The translations under genes and the position numbers were made by a program. 64,000 nucleotides of DNA from positions 32,001-96,000 of the forward strand of contig CAWEXO010000011.1 of NCBI GenBank assembly GCA_963813025.1, written 5' to 3'. Source of the DNA: an uncultured Verrucomicrobiae bacterium. GTDB lineage: Bacteria; Verrucomicrobiota; Verrucomicrobiia; Chthoniobacterales; JAFAMB01. This document shows, piece by piece, positions 1-10,050 of the stretch (position 1 is its first letter; each line of letters starts with the position of its first letter). The notes below the pieces were generated by a model. The model saw nothing but the letters and a program-made list of their open reading frames with translations. It ran no database searches and was not told the DNA's origin.

Positions 1-240
1 GTCCTGGCGGTGGTTGCCTGTTTGTTCCTGGTGCTCTGCCGTTGGCCGCCGATAACCGACACGGTCGTAAACTGGGCGCCGGCATGGCTGATCGACACAT
101 TGGCGGGAATCGGAGTCATGACGCACTTTGACGGCTTTCAGCGTGGCGTCATCGACACTCGCGACCTGATCTTTTTTCTCAGCGTGATCATCTTTTTCCT
201 TTTCACCACAAGTGTGGTTCTTCGGGCCCGGCGCGCATGA
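1..240 (+). CDS. ABC-2 type permease (GldF-like), 3' part; truncated by window edge
   Basis: Hydrophobic C-terminus with HFDGFQRGVIDTRDLIFFLS motif typical of GldF-like permeases; ATGA overlap with next gene. Confidence 0.75.
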   Translation, partial: VLAVVACLFLVLCRWPPITDTVVNWAPAWLIDTLAGIGVMTHFDGFQRGVIDTRDLIFFLSVIIFFLFTTSVVLRARRA

Positions 241-2141
241 AAAAAAACTGGCTGTATTCGATTATCGGCATTGTTGCCCTGCTGGTGATCCTGGTGGCGA
301 TCAACGTGCTCGGCAACGTCCTCAAGCTCCGATCAGACCTGACGCAGCACCATCTATACACCCTCTCGGACGGCACTCGCAGAATTCTGGATAAGATCGA
401 CTCCGACGTCGAAATCCGGTTTTACTTCAGCAAAGACAACGCGTCCATGCCGGTACCGCTCCGGACCTATGCTCAGCAGGTGCAAGATCTTCTCGCCGAG
501 TATGAGCAAGCGGGTCACGGGCACATCAAGATCAAAAAACTCGATCCAAAACCGGACTCCGACGCCGAGGATTCCGCGAATCTGGATGGGATCGAGGGAC
601 AGACGACAAATTTGAGCGACCGGGTTTACCTGGGCCTGGCGGTGAGCAGCCTCGACGCGAAAGCCACGATCCCTTTTTTGAGCCCGGATCGGGAGCACCT
701 GCTGGAGTACGATATCTCGCGCGCCATTTCGAGCGTGATCAACCCGAAGAAAGCGGTGATCGGCGTAATGAGCCCGTTGCCCGTAGTGGGCCAATCTTCC
801 CCAATGATGATGATGCAGCGGCAACAAGCCAGCGGGCCGTGGGTCTTCCTCAGCGAGCTGAAAGAGAACTACCAAGTGCAGAGTGTCCCGCTGACCACCG
901 ATAAAATTGCTGACAACATCTCGGTGCTTTTGCTGGTGCACCCCAAAGGGCTGACTGAACAGGCACAGTACGCGATCGATCAATTCGTCTTACGCGGCGG
1001 CCGGTTAGTCGCCCTGCTGGATCCTGTTTCGTTTGTCGACATGCAGTTGAGCGGCCAAGGCGGCATGATGGGCGGTGAAAGTTTTTCGTCTAACTTCCCA
1101 AAGCTGTTGAGTGCCTGGGGCCTCACTTTTACGCAAAACCAGGTCGTGGGAGATGAATTGTTTGCTACGCAGATCCAACGTGAGGAGGGCGGCTCATCGT
1201 CCCCCGACCCAACCATTCTTTCGGTAACCCGTGAAGGTATTAACCAGAAAGACCCGCTTGGCGCGGCCACTTCCGACCTCTTGCTTCCATTCTGCGGAGC
1301 CTTCACCGGCCACGCTGCACCGGACCTGAAGGAAGAGACGTTGATCACTTCCAGCGCGAAAGCCGGCCTCGTCGACGCGATGGCAGCACAGATGGGCGCC
1401 GATGCGGTGCGGAAAAGTCTCCAGGCAAAGAATAAGTATACGCTTGGTTTGCGTCTGACCGGCAGATTCAAGACCGCTTTTCCCAACGGAGAACCCGCCG
1501 CGCCAAAGGACACGAATCCATCAAGCACCCCCGCGGCCAATCCGACTCCCTCTCCGGCAGCGGCTCCCGGGCTGAAGGAAGGCAAGGCAGATGCGGTCGT
1601 TATTCTGGTCGGCGATTCAGATTTCGTCTACGACGGAATCGCTGGCCGGGTCGAAAACGCCTTGAATCAAACAGTGTTTGTCCCAGCCAATGGCAATCTG
1701 AATTTCATTGAAAGCTGTCTCGAGGAACTAGCCGGTGACTCCAATCTCATCGGCATCCGCAGCCGAGGGACGGCGAACCGGCCGTTTATCGTGGTCAACA
1801 AGTTGGAGGCGGCGGCGGAGCAGAAATATCAGAGCAAGATCAATCAATTGGAAACCAATCTGACCGAAACGCGCGAAAAACTTTCAGAAATTCAGTCGGG
1901 GAAACAAGCGGATCAGAAGACAGTGCTCTCGCCGGAGCAACAAGCGGAGATCAAGAAATTCCAGGAGACCGAGGCAACCACTAATCGTGAGCTGAAACAG
2001 GTGCGAAAAGATCTACGCCAGGAGATAAACTCTCTGCAGAATAACCTCAAATGGATCAACCTGCTGGCGATGCCGCTCGCGGTCACTTTGCTCGGCTTGG
2101 TGCTAGCCGGCGTGAAACAACGCAACCGGGCTGCTCGATGA
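237..2141 (+). CDS. GldG-family / ABC-type uncharacterized transport system auxiliary protein
   Basis: N-terminal TM, RSDLTQHHLYTLSDGT motif, AIDQFVLRGG, VILVGDSDF, C-terminal coiled coil and TM. Confidence 0.8.
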   Translation: MKKNWLYSIIGIVALLVILVAINVLGNVLKLRSDLTQHHLYTLSDGTRRILDKIDSDVEIRFYFSKDNASMPVPLRTYAQQVQDLLAEYEQAGHGHIKIKKLDPKPDSDAEDSANLDGIEGQTTNLSDRVYLGLAVSSLDAKATIPFLSPDREHLLEYDISRAISSVINPKKAVIGVMSPLPVVGQSSPMMMMQRQQASGPWVFLSELKENYQVQSVPLTTDKIADNISVLLLVHPKGLTEQAQYAIDQFVLRGGRLVALLDPVSFVDMQLSGQGGMMGGESFSSNFPKLLSAWGLTFTQNQVVGDELFATQIQREEGGSSSPDPTILSVTREGINQKDPLGAATSDLLLPFCGAFTGHAAPDLKEETLITSSAKAGLVDAMAAQMGADAVRKSLQAKNKYTLGLRLTGRFKTAFPNGEPAAPKDTNPSSTPAANPTPSPAAAPGLKEGKADAVVILVGDSDFVYDGIAGRVENALNQTVFVPANGNLNFIESCLEELAGDSNLIGIRSRGTANRPFIVVNKLEAAAEQKYQSKINQLETNLTETREKLSEIQSGKQADQKTVLSPEQQAEIKKFQETEATTNRELKQVRKDLRQEINSLQNNLKWINLLAMPLAVTLLGLVLAGVKQRNRAAR

Positions 2142-3286
2142 AACGACAACACTTGTTGGCCCTCGTAATCGTTGCCGCTGTCTTGGCCACGGCCGGTATC
2201 GTTTACCAGCTTATCCGTTCGCAGTCGTGGAACGACGCGAGCGCTGATCGCCGCGTCCTGCCCGATTTACCGGTCAATAATGTCGCGATCATTTCGGTAA
2301 AAACTGGGGGTCAAACTCTCACCCTGAAGAATGAACAAGGTACCTGGCGCGTGATGGACCGGCACGGCTATCCCGCTGATTTCCAGAAGATCCGGGATCT
2401 GCTTCGCTCTCTTTGGGAATTGAAGGCTGGTCAAGTCACTCATGCCGGTCCGGCGCAACATGCTCGTCTGCACATCGAGAAGCCAGGGAGTGCTCCAGCC
2501 GATGGGACCGGCACGGAGATCGATCTCACCTCGGCCGATAATCAATTGCTGGGAAGCCTGATCATCGGAAAAGCGATGGAGCAATCAGGAGATACGGGAC
2601 CAGCTGGACGCTTCGTTTTTAATCCAAAGCAAGGTGACCAGGTGGACTTGGTAACGGACTCTTTTTCCTCAATCGATCCGTTAGTGATCGGTCCCTGGCT
2701 CGACAAGACTTTCTTCTCGGCCGACAACCTGAAAGAGGTGACACAAACCGGACTCAATGAATCCTGGACGCTCTCTCGGTCCGATCCGAAGGCCGATTGG
2801 AAATTGGAAAACGCCGGTCCGGCCGATTCATTGGACAAGGCGTTTACCGCCAATCTGGCTAATTTTAATCCAAGTTTTACGGATGTTCGAACCGCTGATA
2901 CTCCGCCTTCTGAGACTAGTCTCGCCCAGCCGATCACCGTTGATCTGAAAACGTTCGACGGTTTCGAGTACAAACTCTTGCTCGGCAAGGAAGGTCCCGG
3001 CAGCACCCGCTATTTGCGCGTGAATGTCAGCGCGCAATTCCCGGAGCAACGTCCGCCCGAGCCAAATGAGAAACCGGAAGACAAGGCGAAGAAAGACAAG
3101 GCGTTCGCCGAGAACTTGGCCAAGCTGAAAGAGCGTCTCGCGCGGGAGCAGCATTTACAATCGTGGATCTACCTCGTCTCCGATTGGAGCTTGGAGCCAT
3201 TCTTGAAGCGCCGGACCGAGATTATCGCTCACCCGACTCCGTCACCCGCGCCCTCTTCCGCCGCTACCCCGGCTGTACCGCGATAG
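2138..3286 (+). CDS. DUF4340 domain protein
   Basis: ATGA overlap at 2138; N-terminal TM; W..GYPAD motif; usual position after GldG-like gene. Confidence 0.7.
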   Translation: MKRQHLLALVIVAAVLATAGIVYQLIRSQSWNDASADRRVLPDLPVNNVAIISVKTGGQTLTLKNEQGTWRVMDRHGYPADFQKIRDLLRSLWELKAGQVTHAGPAQHARLHIEKPGSAPADGTGTEIDLTSADNQLLGSLIIGKAMEQSGDTGPAGRFVFNPKQGDQVDLVTDSFSSIDPLVIGPWLDKTFFSADNLKEVTQTGLNESWTLSRSDPKADWKLENAGPADSLDKAFTANLANFNPSFTDVRTADTPPSETSLAQPITVDLKTFDGFEYKLLLGKEGPGSTRYLRVNVSAQFPEQRPPEPNEKPEDKAKKDKAFAENLAKLKERLAREQHLQSWIYLVSDWSLEPFLKRRTEIIAHPTPSPAPSSAATPAVPR

Positions 3287-3303
3287 AAGAGACCTTTGTC
3301 CTC

Positions 3304-3478
3304 GCGGGAGGGCGAGAGGGCGACTGGGCAACCTTAGTTAGCCGTAGCGCCGACGGCCCCGTCGGTACTCCGGTGCAGGCCGAAATCGGGGGGGTGAAGC
3401 GCACGGGCCTCGTCGCGCCTCCGAGATACCGACGAGGCCGTCGGCGCTACGGTCCTGGCCACCCCTTCGCCCTCTCGC
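3304..3478. repeat. Inverted pair of GTAG REP-like units (family A, GTAGCGCCGACGG..CGTCGGTA), REPIN-like
   Basis: cgtagcgccgacggccccgtcggtac at 3343-3368 and its inverse at 3427-3451; outer imperfect IR 3304-3320/3462-3478. Confidence 0.85.
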
Positions 3479-3533
3479 TCGATTTATCTCTTCGCCGAAC
3501 CGGCGTTGGATATATTCTACTACTTCTCAAAGC

Positions 3534-4805
3534 GTGAACACCCGGCTCGTCAATCAATTCTACAGCCAGTTTGACTACGCCTCGCGCGAGCCGCGCGGAA
3601 TCGACGACTTTCGCACCCCTTTTCAGACCGATCGAGACCGGATCATTTACAGCTCGGCTTTCCGCCGTCTTCAGGCGAAGACCCAGGTCTTCGTTTCCGG
3701 CGAATTCGATTTCTATCGAACACGCCTGACGCACTCCCTTGAGGTCGCTCAGATCGGCCGCTCAATTTGCTCCTTTCTCAGACAGACCTCTCCCACATTG
3801 AACGACGGGTTCTTTATTGATCCTGATCTGGTCGAGGCGGTTTGCCTTACCCATGATATCGGTCATTCGCCTTTCGGGCACGCTGGTGAACGGACCTTGC
3901 ACGAGTTGATGGAGTCCTTTGGCGGCTTCGAAGGCAACGCGCAAAGTCTCCGCATTATTACCGAAACGATTTACCCGGGAGCCGAGGCCCGGCGAGGGAT
4001 GAATCCGACTCGGGCGTTTGTCGACGGGATTTTGAAATACAAACGTCTTTTTCGCGAAGATCCGTCTGCGCAAAACCATTTCATCTATTCCGAACAAGAA
4101 CAGTTTCGTGAGTTCGTTCTGGATTCGGTGAGTCCGGCAGATATCGGCGAACTGAACGATTTCCGGAGTGTCGAGTGTGAAATTATGGATTGGGCCGACG
4201 ACACGGCTTATTGCCTGAATGACCTGGTCGACAGCATCAATGCCGGATTTCTGCCCGCGGAACGTCTGGAGCGGTGGGCCGAGACGCAGAGTCTGTCGCG
4301 TGAATCGGCCCAACTGATTGAGCACATCCTGTCCGCGATCCGCGAGCGCAAGGCGGAGGCCCGGTTCAGCCGGCGAATCGGTCTCTTTATTCGATCAACC
4401 TCGCTCATCGAGCGTTCCAACCCACTGAGTTTCCGTACGCACAGGTACCGTTTCGGCCTTTTTGTTGATCCGGCGATCCGGGCTGAAGCTGACCTTTACA
4501 AAAAAGTATCTCAGGATCTCGTCTTTGATCACTCGCAACTGCACCAACTGCAGCGGAAAAGCCACATCATTCTCGAAGGCATTTTTCGCGCTTTCGCCGA
4601 AAGTTACTTGGAGAAAAGTCGCTCCGGATCTTCGCTCCGTCTGTTGCCGGAAGGCTTCGATCAAATCCTCCGGTCAAAGTCCGACGCGGCCAGTCGAGCC
4701 CGAATCATCTGCGATTACCTGGCCGGAATGACGGACGGTTTTGCAATTCGGACTTATCGGCGCTTATACGATCCAGAGTTCGGCTCTGTCATGGGGCTCG
4801 GCTAA
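3534..4805 (+). CDS. dgt: Deoxyguanosinetriphosphate triphosphohydrolase (HD family)
   Basis: DRDRIIYSSAFRRLQAKTQVF, RTRLTHSLEVAQI, HDIGHSPFGHAGE, FEGNAQ, DYLAGMTD motifs. Confidence 0.92.
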   Translation: MNTRLVNQFYSQFDYASREPRGIDDFRTPFQTDRDRIIYSSAFRRLQAKTQVFVSGEFDFYRTRLTHSLEVAQIGRSICSFLRQTSPTLNDGFFIDPDLVEAVCLTHDIGHSPFGHAGERTLHELMESFGGFEGNAQSLRIITETIYPGAEARRGMNPTRAFVDGILKYKRLFREDPSAQNHFIYSEQEQFREFVLDSVSPADIGELNDFRSVECEIMDWADDTAYCLNDLVDSINAGFLPAERLERWAETQSLSRESAQLIEHILSAIRERKAEARFSRRIGLFIRSTSLIERSNPLSFRTHRYRFGLFVDPAIRAEADLYKKVSQDLVFDHSQLHQLQRKSHIILEGIFRAFAESYLEKSRSGSSLRLLPEGFDQILRSKSDAASRARIICDYLAGMTDGFAIRTYRRLYDPEFGSVMGLG

Positions 4806-4895
4806 GTGCCAGTGCTAGTTGCAACCGATAGGACCTTTAGGACCTATAGCACGGACAGGCCGTGCCGACCGCAAACTCAACTGTCCTTGTTTCAT

Positions 4896-6032
4896 ATGAT
4901 CGCAAAAGATAGCTCTCCTTCCGTTCTCCCCCATCCCGAGAATCCGCTCTCTGAGAGAGCCGTTCGACTCGGCTACGTCGGTTGCGGCTTCATGGCGCAG
5001 AACGTCCATCTGCCGAATTTTGCTGCACTGGAGAATTGCGAGTTGATTGCTCTTGCCGAAAAGCGTCCGTCACTCGCGAGAAAGGTGGCGGCGCGCTATG
5101 GAATTCCCACAACCTACAATCATCATTCTGAACTGGCTGAGGATTTCAACATTGACGCAGTGGCACTCTCCGCAGGGTACGCCGAGCAGGGAGAGATCGC
5201 GGCTGATCTGCTCGAAGCCGGGAAACACGTGTTCATGGAGAAGCCGATGGCGGTTTCCCTGAACCAAGCGCATCGAATTCTGGAAGGGGCTCGCTCGACT
5301 GGGGCTCGGTTAATGATTGCCTACATGAAGCGTTATGACGCGGGCAACGTGCTCTTGCGGGACACCATCGATCGCTGGAAGAGCGATAAACAAATGGGTG
5401 AAATCCTGTATGCGCGAAATCACGGGTTTTGCGGTGACTGGTTAGCTGCTTTGGAACCGAATCTGCTAATCACTACCGATGAAGTATTGGAGCGTGTTTC
5501 TCCACTAGATCGGTTGCCGCCATGGCTACCGCAAGAAAAGGCATCTGCGTACATCGCCTACCTGCAGCAGTATTCTCACAATATAAATCTGCTACGTTAC
5601 TTGTTAGGAGCTGAGGAGATTGAGCAGGTCAGGGTCGAGAGCGTTAGTCTCGACGAGAATGGTTTGATTGTTGTTGTTGTGCTCAACCTCGCAAACGTTC
5701 GCTGCGTGATCGAGAGCGCCAATACGGATTTTCACGCTTGGGACGAACATACGCAGGTTTACTTTCAGCGAGGCTGGTTGAAGACCGTGGTGCCTCCGGC
5801 ATTCAATAGATCCGCCTATTCGGAGGTGGAAATTTACGAACGCGGATCCGTTCCGTCTTATACTTATCCGGTCCCGGCGCCACTTCCGATGTGGCATTAC
5901 CGGGAAGAAGCCCGGCACTTCGTGACCGCTCTCCGCACCGGCGCCGCGTTTCGGTCCAGCGGTGAAGACGCGCTCCTCGATGTTTGGCTCAACGAGGAGA
6001 TCTACAAACGATTTGTCGGAATCCGAGCATAA
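4896..6032 (+). CDS. Gfo/Idh/MocA family oxidoreductase
   Basis: GYVGCGFMA Rossmann motif, GKHVFMEKPMA, YMKRYD; start chosen at ATG 4896. Confidence 0.85.
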   Translation: MIAKDSSPSVLPHPENPLSERAVRLGYVGCGFMAQNVHLPNFAALENCELIALAEKRPSLARKVAARYGIPTTYNHHSELAEDFNIDAVALSAGYAEQGEIAADLLEAGKHVFMEKPMAVSLNQAHRILEGARSTGARLMIAYMKRYDAGNVLLRDTIDRWKSDKQMGEILYARNHGFCGDWLAALEPNLLITTDEVLERVSPLDRLPPWLPQEKASAYIAYLQQYSHNINLLRYLLGAEEIEQVRVESVSLDENGLIVVVVLNLANVRCVIESANTDFHAWDEHTQVYFQRGWLKTVVPPAFNRSAYSEVEIYERGSVPSYTYPVPAPLPMWHYREEARHFVTALRTGAAFRSSGEDALLDVWLNEEIYKRFVGIRA

Positions 6033-6053
6033 ACACAGGAGCACGGAACGTCA

Positions 6054-7373
6054 TTATCCAATCCCGTATTGTTCTTGCACAAAGGGGAGCAAACCTGCCT
6101 GCTTCAGGGCGGTGAGGGGTGCCAGGAAGGTCACTTGGACGACGCCCGGATGCCGGCCAATCTCGATCCCTCCAGTAATCGTTGCCCGGTTCATTATTTC
6201 CGCCACGCTCATCGATAATAGCTCCGCCGCCCGACGGAGACCGACTTGAGTCGCCCGGTTCAAGTCCGGACCGGATCCTACCACCGAGATAGGCGCCGAT
6301 TCCTCGATCTGGCCGACTCCCCATTTATCCGCTAGCCGGCGTGCTTTCGCTTTTTCAATGTCGTTGAATGGGCGAGCCAAAGGCGGCAGATCCTCGACGA
6401 GTGGGAAAAGCACCGGCCCTTCCAGCGTTCGCCCTTTTAAGACATCGACTTCCAATGTCACCGTTCCGGAAACATCCATCGTGTGGCCGGCGATTTCACC
6501 GTCGCCCTGGAGCGCATGCATATCGCCGAAGTAAATGCCGGCTCCAGCCACCTTGACCGGCGCCAGGAGAATCGCGCCCGGCCGGACCGCATCGATATCC
6601 ATGTGCCCGTCAGTTCGCAGTTCGAGCTGCTCGGCGGTGATCGCATATTCATGCGGAGCGTCAACTAACGCAGAGCCGAAATCTCCGGCATTGTGGGAAT
6701 CGGGCATTCGAATACCCGGAGTTGTTCCGAGTTGACCAAGGAATGGCCGCAGCCTGGCGGCAACGCCAACGAGATCATGCGGAGCAAATGTAAGAATCGA
6801 ATGCTGCGCCGAACTCTCCGGTAATGCGGCAAACTGGTTGGCAGAATGAGCAATCCGTTCGGCCGCTTCTTGCGGGACCGTAACCCCGACCTGTCGCGCG
6901 TCGTCAAAGACCACGGTATAGCCGTGCACGATTTGAAAGGGAGTGACGGGGGTATTGCATTTCACGCAGCGAACCGCTTGTTGACCGATTCCTTCCACAT
7001 ACGTCTCGGGGTAGAGCGTCCCGCAACTCGGACAACGAGGCGCCGCGTAAGGATCTCCCAGATAATGGCCTTCCACCCATCGATCGTGACCCGAGGCGGT
7101 TGCGACCGAAGTGACATTGATCTCGCGAATCCGCAGAATAACCGCGTCTCCTGGCATGGCTCCTTCCACGAATACCGGACGGGTCACTTCGTGACCGCCG
7201 CGGATTTTGGGGGTAATCATCGGACCCCAACATCCCGGCGCCGTGTTACCCATGATCGTTCCACCGGGCACTAAGGGACCGAGCATCGGTTGAGCAGGAT
7301 TCAGGATACCGTCAGTCAATTCCGAAACGAACACTGTCCGTCTCGCTCTGGTCTCAGCTTGCGAGGGATTCAT
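6054..7373 (-). CDS. Acetamidase/formamidase family protein with CxxC...CxxC zinc-ribbon insert
   Basis: GHEVTRPVFVEGAMPGD, GHMDID, GDMHALQGDGEI motifs; CPSC and CVKC; start at MNPSQ (7373). Confidence 0.8.
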   Translation of the reverse strand: MNPSQAETRARRTVFVSELTDGILNPAQPMLGPLVPGGTIMGNTAPGCWGPMITPKIRGGHEVTRPVFVEGAMPGDAVILRIREINVTSVATASGHDRWVEGHYLGDPYAAPRCPSCGTLYPETYVEGIGQQAVRCVKCNTPVTPFQIVHGYTVVFDDARQVGVTVPQEAAERIAHSANQFAALPESSAQHSILTFAPHDLVGVAARLRPFLGQLGTTPGIRMPDSHNAGDFGSALVDAPHEYAITAEQLELRTDGHMDIDAVRPGAILLAPVKVAGAGIYFGDMHALQGDGEIAGHTMDVSGTVTLEVDVLKGRTLEGPVLFPLVEDLPPLARPFNDIEKAKARRLADKWGVGQIEESAPISVVGSGPDLNRATQVGLRRAAELLSMSVAEIMNRATITGGIEIGRHPGVVQVTFLAPLTALKQAGLLPFVQEQYGIG

Positions 7374-7560
7374 GATTCTAGTCCTTTGTTTGGGGATGAG
7401 CGGAAGCCAGCTGGCGCCGTCGTGGGGAGACGACCCCAATTGGCTTGATCCGCCGAATGATTCTAAAAGATTCCTCTTCTTTGTGTACTGTCTTGAGAAT
7501 TCGATCAATTTGGCAAGGATTTTCATGCCGCGACGATTTTGCCCTCGGGTTAAGGCGCAC

Positions 7561-7690
7561 GGCCTCGTGCGTCACCGCCCGGGATACGAACGAGGCCGTC
7601 CGCGCTACGCGAGTGCGCGCACGTGAGCCTTTTTGGCAGCCGGATAATTTCGAGCACGAGCACGATTTGGACGCGGCCCGCCGCCGCTGT
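7561..7690 (-). repeat. REP-like family A variant with conserved downstream extension
   Basis: gatacgaacgaggccgtccgcgctacg followed by a gcagccggata...ttcgag tract shared with 8839-8932 and 41286-41406. Confidence 0.8.
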
Positions 7691-7759
7691 GATCTTCTGT
7701 TCAAATCTCCGGCGAGCTTTGCTCGGTTTTCAAGCAGATGATAATGGCGGCGCGACCTC

Positions 7760-8540
7760 CTACTTTTCAGCTTTTGGCTCGGCACAGAACTGGCTGACTA
7801 AATATTGATAGCTTTGCCGGAGTGAGTCGAACGGGTCTCCCGGCGTAGTATCCTGCTCCACGATAAACAAACTGGTGCCTCCGTTTTCCGCCTCCTGGAT
7901 AATTCGGTGAAAATCCAGGTTACCGTTGCCGATCTCCGCATAATCGGGCTTACCATGCACGATAACATAATCTTTTAAATGGAGCGCGGGAATGCGTCCC
8001 GCGTACTTGCGGCAATAAGCGGTCGGATCACCGCCGCCGTGTTGCACCCAATAAGTGTCGAGCTCAAAAGCAAGATCGGGAGCATGATTAAGAATGAAAT
8101 CCAGAATAGTCATTCCGCCGTATTTCGCGAACTCAAGGGAATGGTTATGATATCCGAGAATCATTCCGGCGGATCGGAATTCTTCGGCGGACTTCTGCAA
8201 TTTTTCGGCGAAGGGAGACGACCGCGTTGTGATCGGCCAGATCAAATCCGGCCGGATAGGGATAGGCGGCGAACTGGCATCCCAGAATAGCCAGCTTTTC
8301 GATCACTTGGGCGGGCTCCTTTAGCAACTGCTGAGCTTGTTCGTGGGTTGCCGCAATCCGCAGACCCTGATCGGCGGCAATCTGCGCCACCTCTTTGGGC
8401 GGGATCGGGCCAATCCCGGAAACCTGGATCGTTTCGTAGCCAATCTCGCGGATCTTTTGCAGGCTGATCGCCAGATCCTGAGCGGTCTGGCAGGTGTGAC
8501 GGACGGTGTACAGGATGACGGCGAGTTGGGAGTTTTTCAT
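7760..8540 (-). pseudogene. Sugar phosphate isomerase/epimerase (TIM barrel), frameshifted near 8210
   Basis: N-half in ORF 8145..8540 and C-half in ORF 7760..8245 (GYHNHSLEF, ELDTYWV, LHLKD, IVEQD); one extra base at VSL/AEKL, which may be a sequencing error. Confidence 0.75.
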
Positions 8541-8838
8541 TGTTGAAGACGCACGTGGTATGAATCGGCGAGTGGGCGAATGGGCGAAGGTTACAGGTCA
8601 GCAAAAGGCACGCCCGGTTCCTCTTTTGTTGCGAGAGGTCCAGGAGAGAGATCGATCAAACATCCTGACGATCCAAGCTATGACCTCGTCGTACGCGTCG
8701 TCAAGCCGCTCAAATGTTTCCTTCGGCCGTGTAGCGCTGTCGAAAGGCGATCTCGAGGTGCACCTGGGTAGTGTCGACTTCGGTTCAGCGTTATTCCGGT
8801 TCACAACGAGAGCTGCCTGGCTAGCGCCGCCTGCGCCA

Positions 8839-8932
8839 GGCCTCGGCGTCGCCTCCCGCGATACGGACGAGGCCGTCCGCGCTACGCCGGTGCGCTCGCG
8901 TGAACCCTTTTCAGCAGCCGGATATGTTCGAG
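8839..8932 (-). repeat. REP-like family A variant copy
   Basis: 8849-8932 matches 41286-41369 at 83 of 84 bases. Confidence 0.85.
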
Positions 8933-8981
8933 CGAGAGCCTACGGAAGACACATCCTTTTGTGGTGCCAACAGTCCGAAAA

Positions 8982-9031
8982 CGGCGCAAACGAGTGCTCG
9001 CTAAGGCTCGAATGAAATTTCACCCTATCGG
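8982..9031 (-). repeat. Degenerate half of family B repeat (GGTAGGGCGAAAATT...)
   Basis: cggcgcaaacgagtgctcgctaaggctcgaatgaaatttcaccctatcgg resembles the right arm at 24211-24260. Confidence 0.7.
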
Positions 9032-9142
9032 CACAGCGCCAAAGTGGCTCTCGACTTCAGTACGCCTCAAGTTGTCCTTTGCAAAGCCGACTTGCGAGAT
9101 AACTTCCCTTACGAAAACCGCCGATGTAAACGGTCTCGCAAG

Positions 9143-9989
9143 ATGTCAATCAGTCGACGCAACTTTCTTCGGATCACTACCGCCGCCACCGTAACCACCG
9201 CTCTCGGTGGAGCAACGCTCAGGTATGCCACCGCCGTCGAGCCGAATGATTTGGTTATCACTCGAACAAACGTGCCGTTAGCGCGGCTGCCGAGTTCGTT
9301 TGATGGCTTCCGAATCGTTCTCCTGACCGACCTGCATCTTCATCCGTTCACGTCGACGGCTCTGATTCAACGAACCATCGAATTGACCAACTCGTTGCAA
9401 CCGGACCTTGTTCTGCTGGGAGGCGATTTTGTCTGCGGCTTTGCCGAAGCTGCTTTCGAACTCGGATCGATGCTCAAAAAGCTTAGTCCGAGGCACGGCG
9501 TGTTTGCCGTGCTCGGAAATTATGATCACTATCGGGGAGCACCCGTCGTCGAGGCAGCCTTTCGCGAGAACGCGATCAAGCTCCTGATGAATGAAGGCGT
9601 TGTCCTGGCATTGGGCGGAAAGTCTATCTTCCTGGCCGGCCTCGGATTCGGCCTCGGAGGGATTTCCCGATCCCGGTAAAGCCTTCGGCTCTCGTCGATC
9701 GGAGCCGGTTACTTTGGCGCTTGTTCACGAACCGGATTATCTTGACACCTTGAGCCGTCTGGCTTCGGTCGACCTGCAGTTATCCGGACACACCCATGGC
9801 GGACAGGTACGGATTCCTTACCTCGGCCCCATCATCCTTCCACCGCTCGGAAGGAAGTACGTGGAAGGCTTGCACCGCGTTGGCGCGAGCCTGGTCTACA
9901 CCAGCCGCGGCATCGGGATGGTAGAGCTGCCTTTCCGCTTCGATTGCCCGCCGGAAATCAGTGAGATCACTCTGGTGGCCTCGTCTTGA
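9143..9989 (+). pseudogene. Tat-exported metallophosphoesterase (YkuE/YaeI-like), frameshifted near 9643
   Basis: SRRNFL twin-arginine motif; DLH, GGDF, GNYD (normally GNHD) in one frame; HEPD, LSGHTHGGQ, SRGIG in the next frame. Confidence 0.8.
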
Positions 9990-10050
9990 GTTGCCGGCCA
10001 GCAACCTCTCGGCTCGGCGACACTCCTGTGCCGGGCGGATCTTCACCAAA

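Noticed and set aside
7410..7445. Possible guanidine-II riboswitch in the acetamidase leader (gggg..acga.cccc)
   Set aside because: The ACGA hairpin is on the antisense strand, is imperfect and is single; the motif needs two
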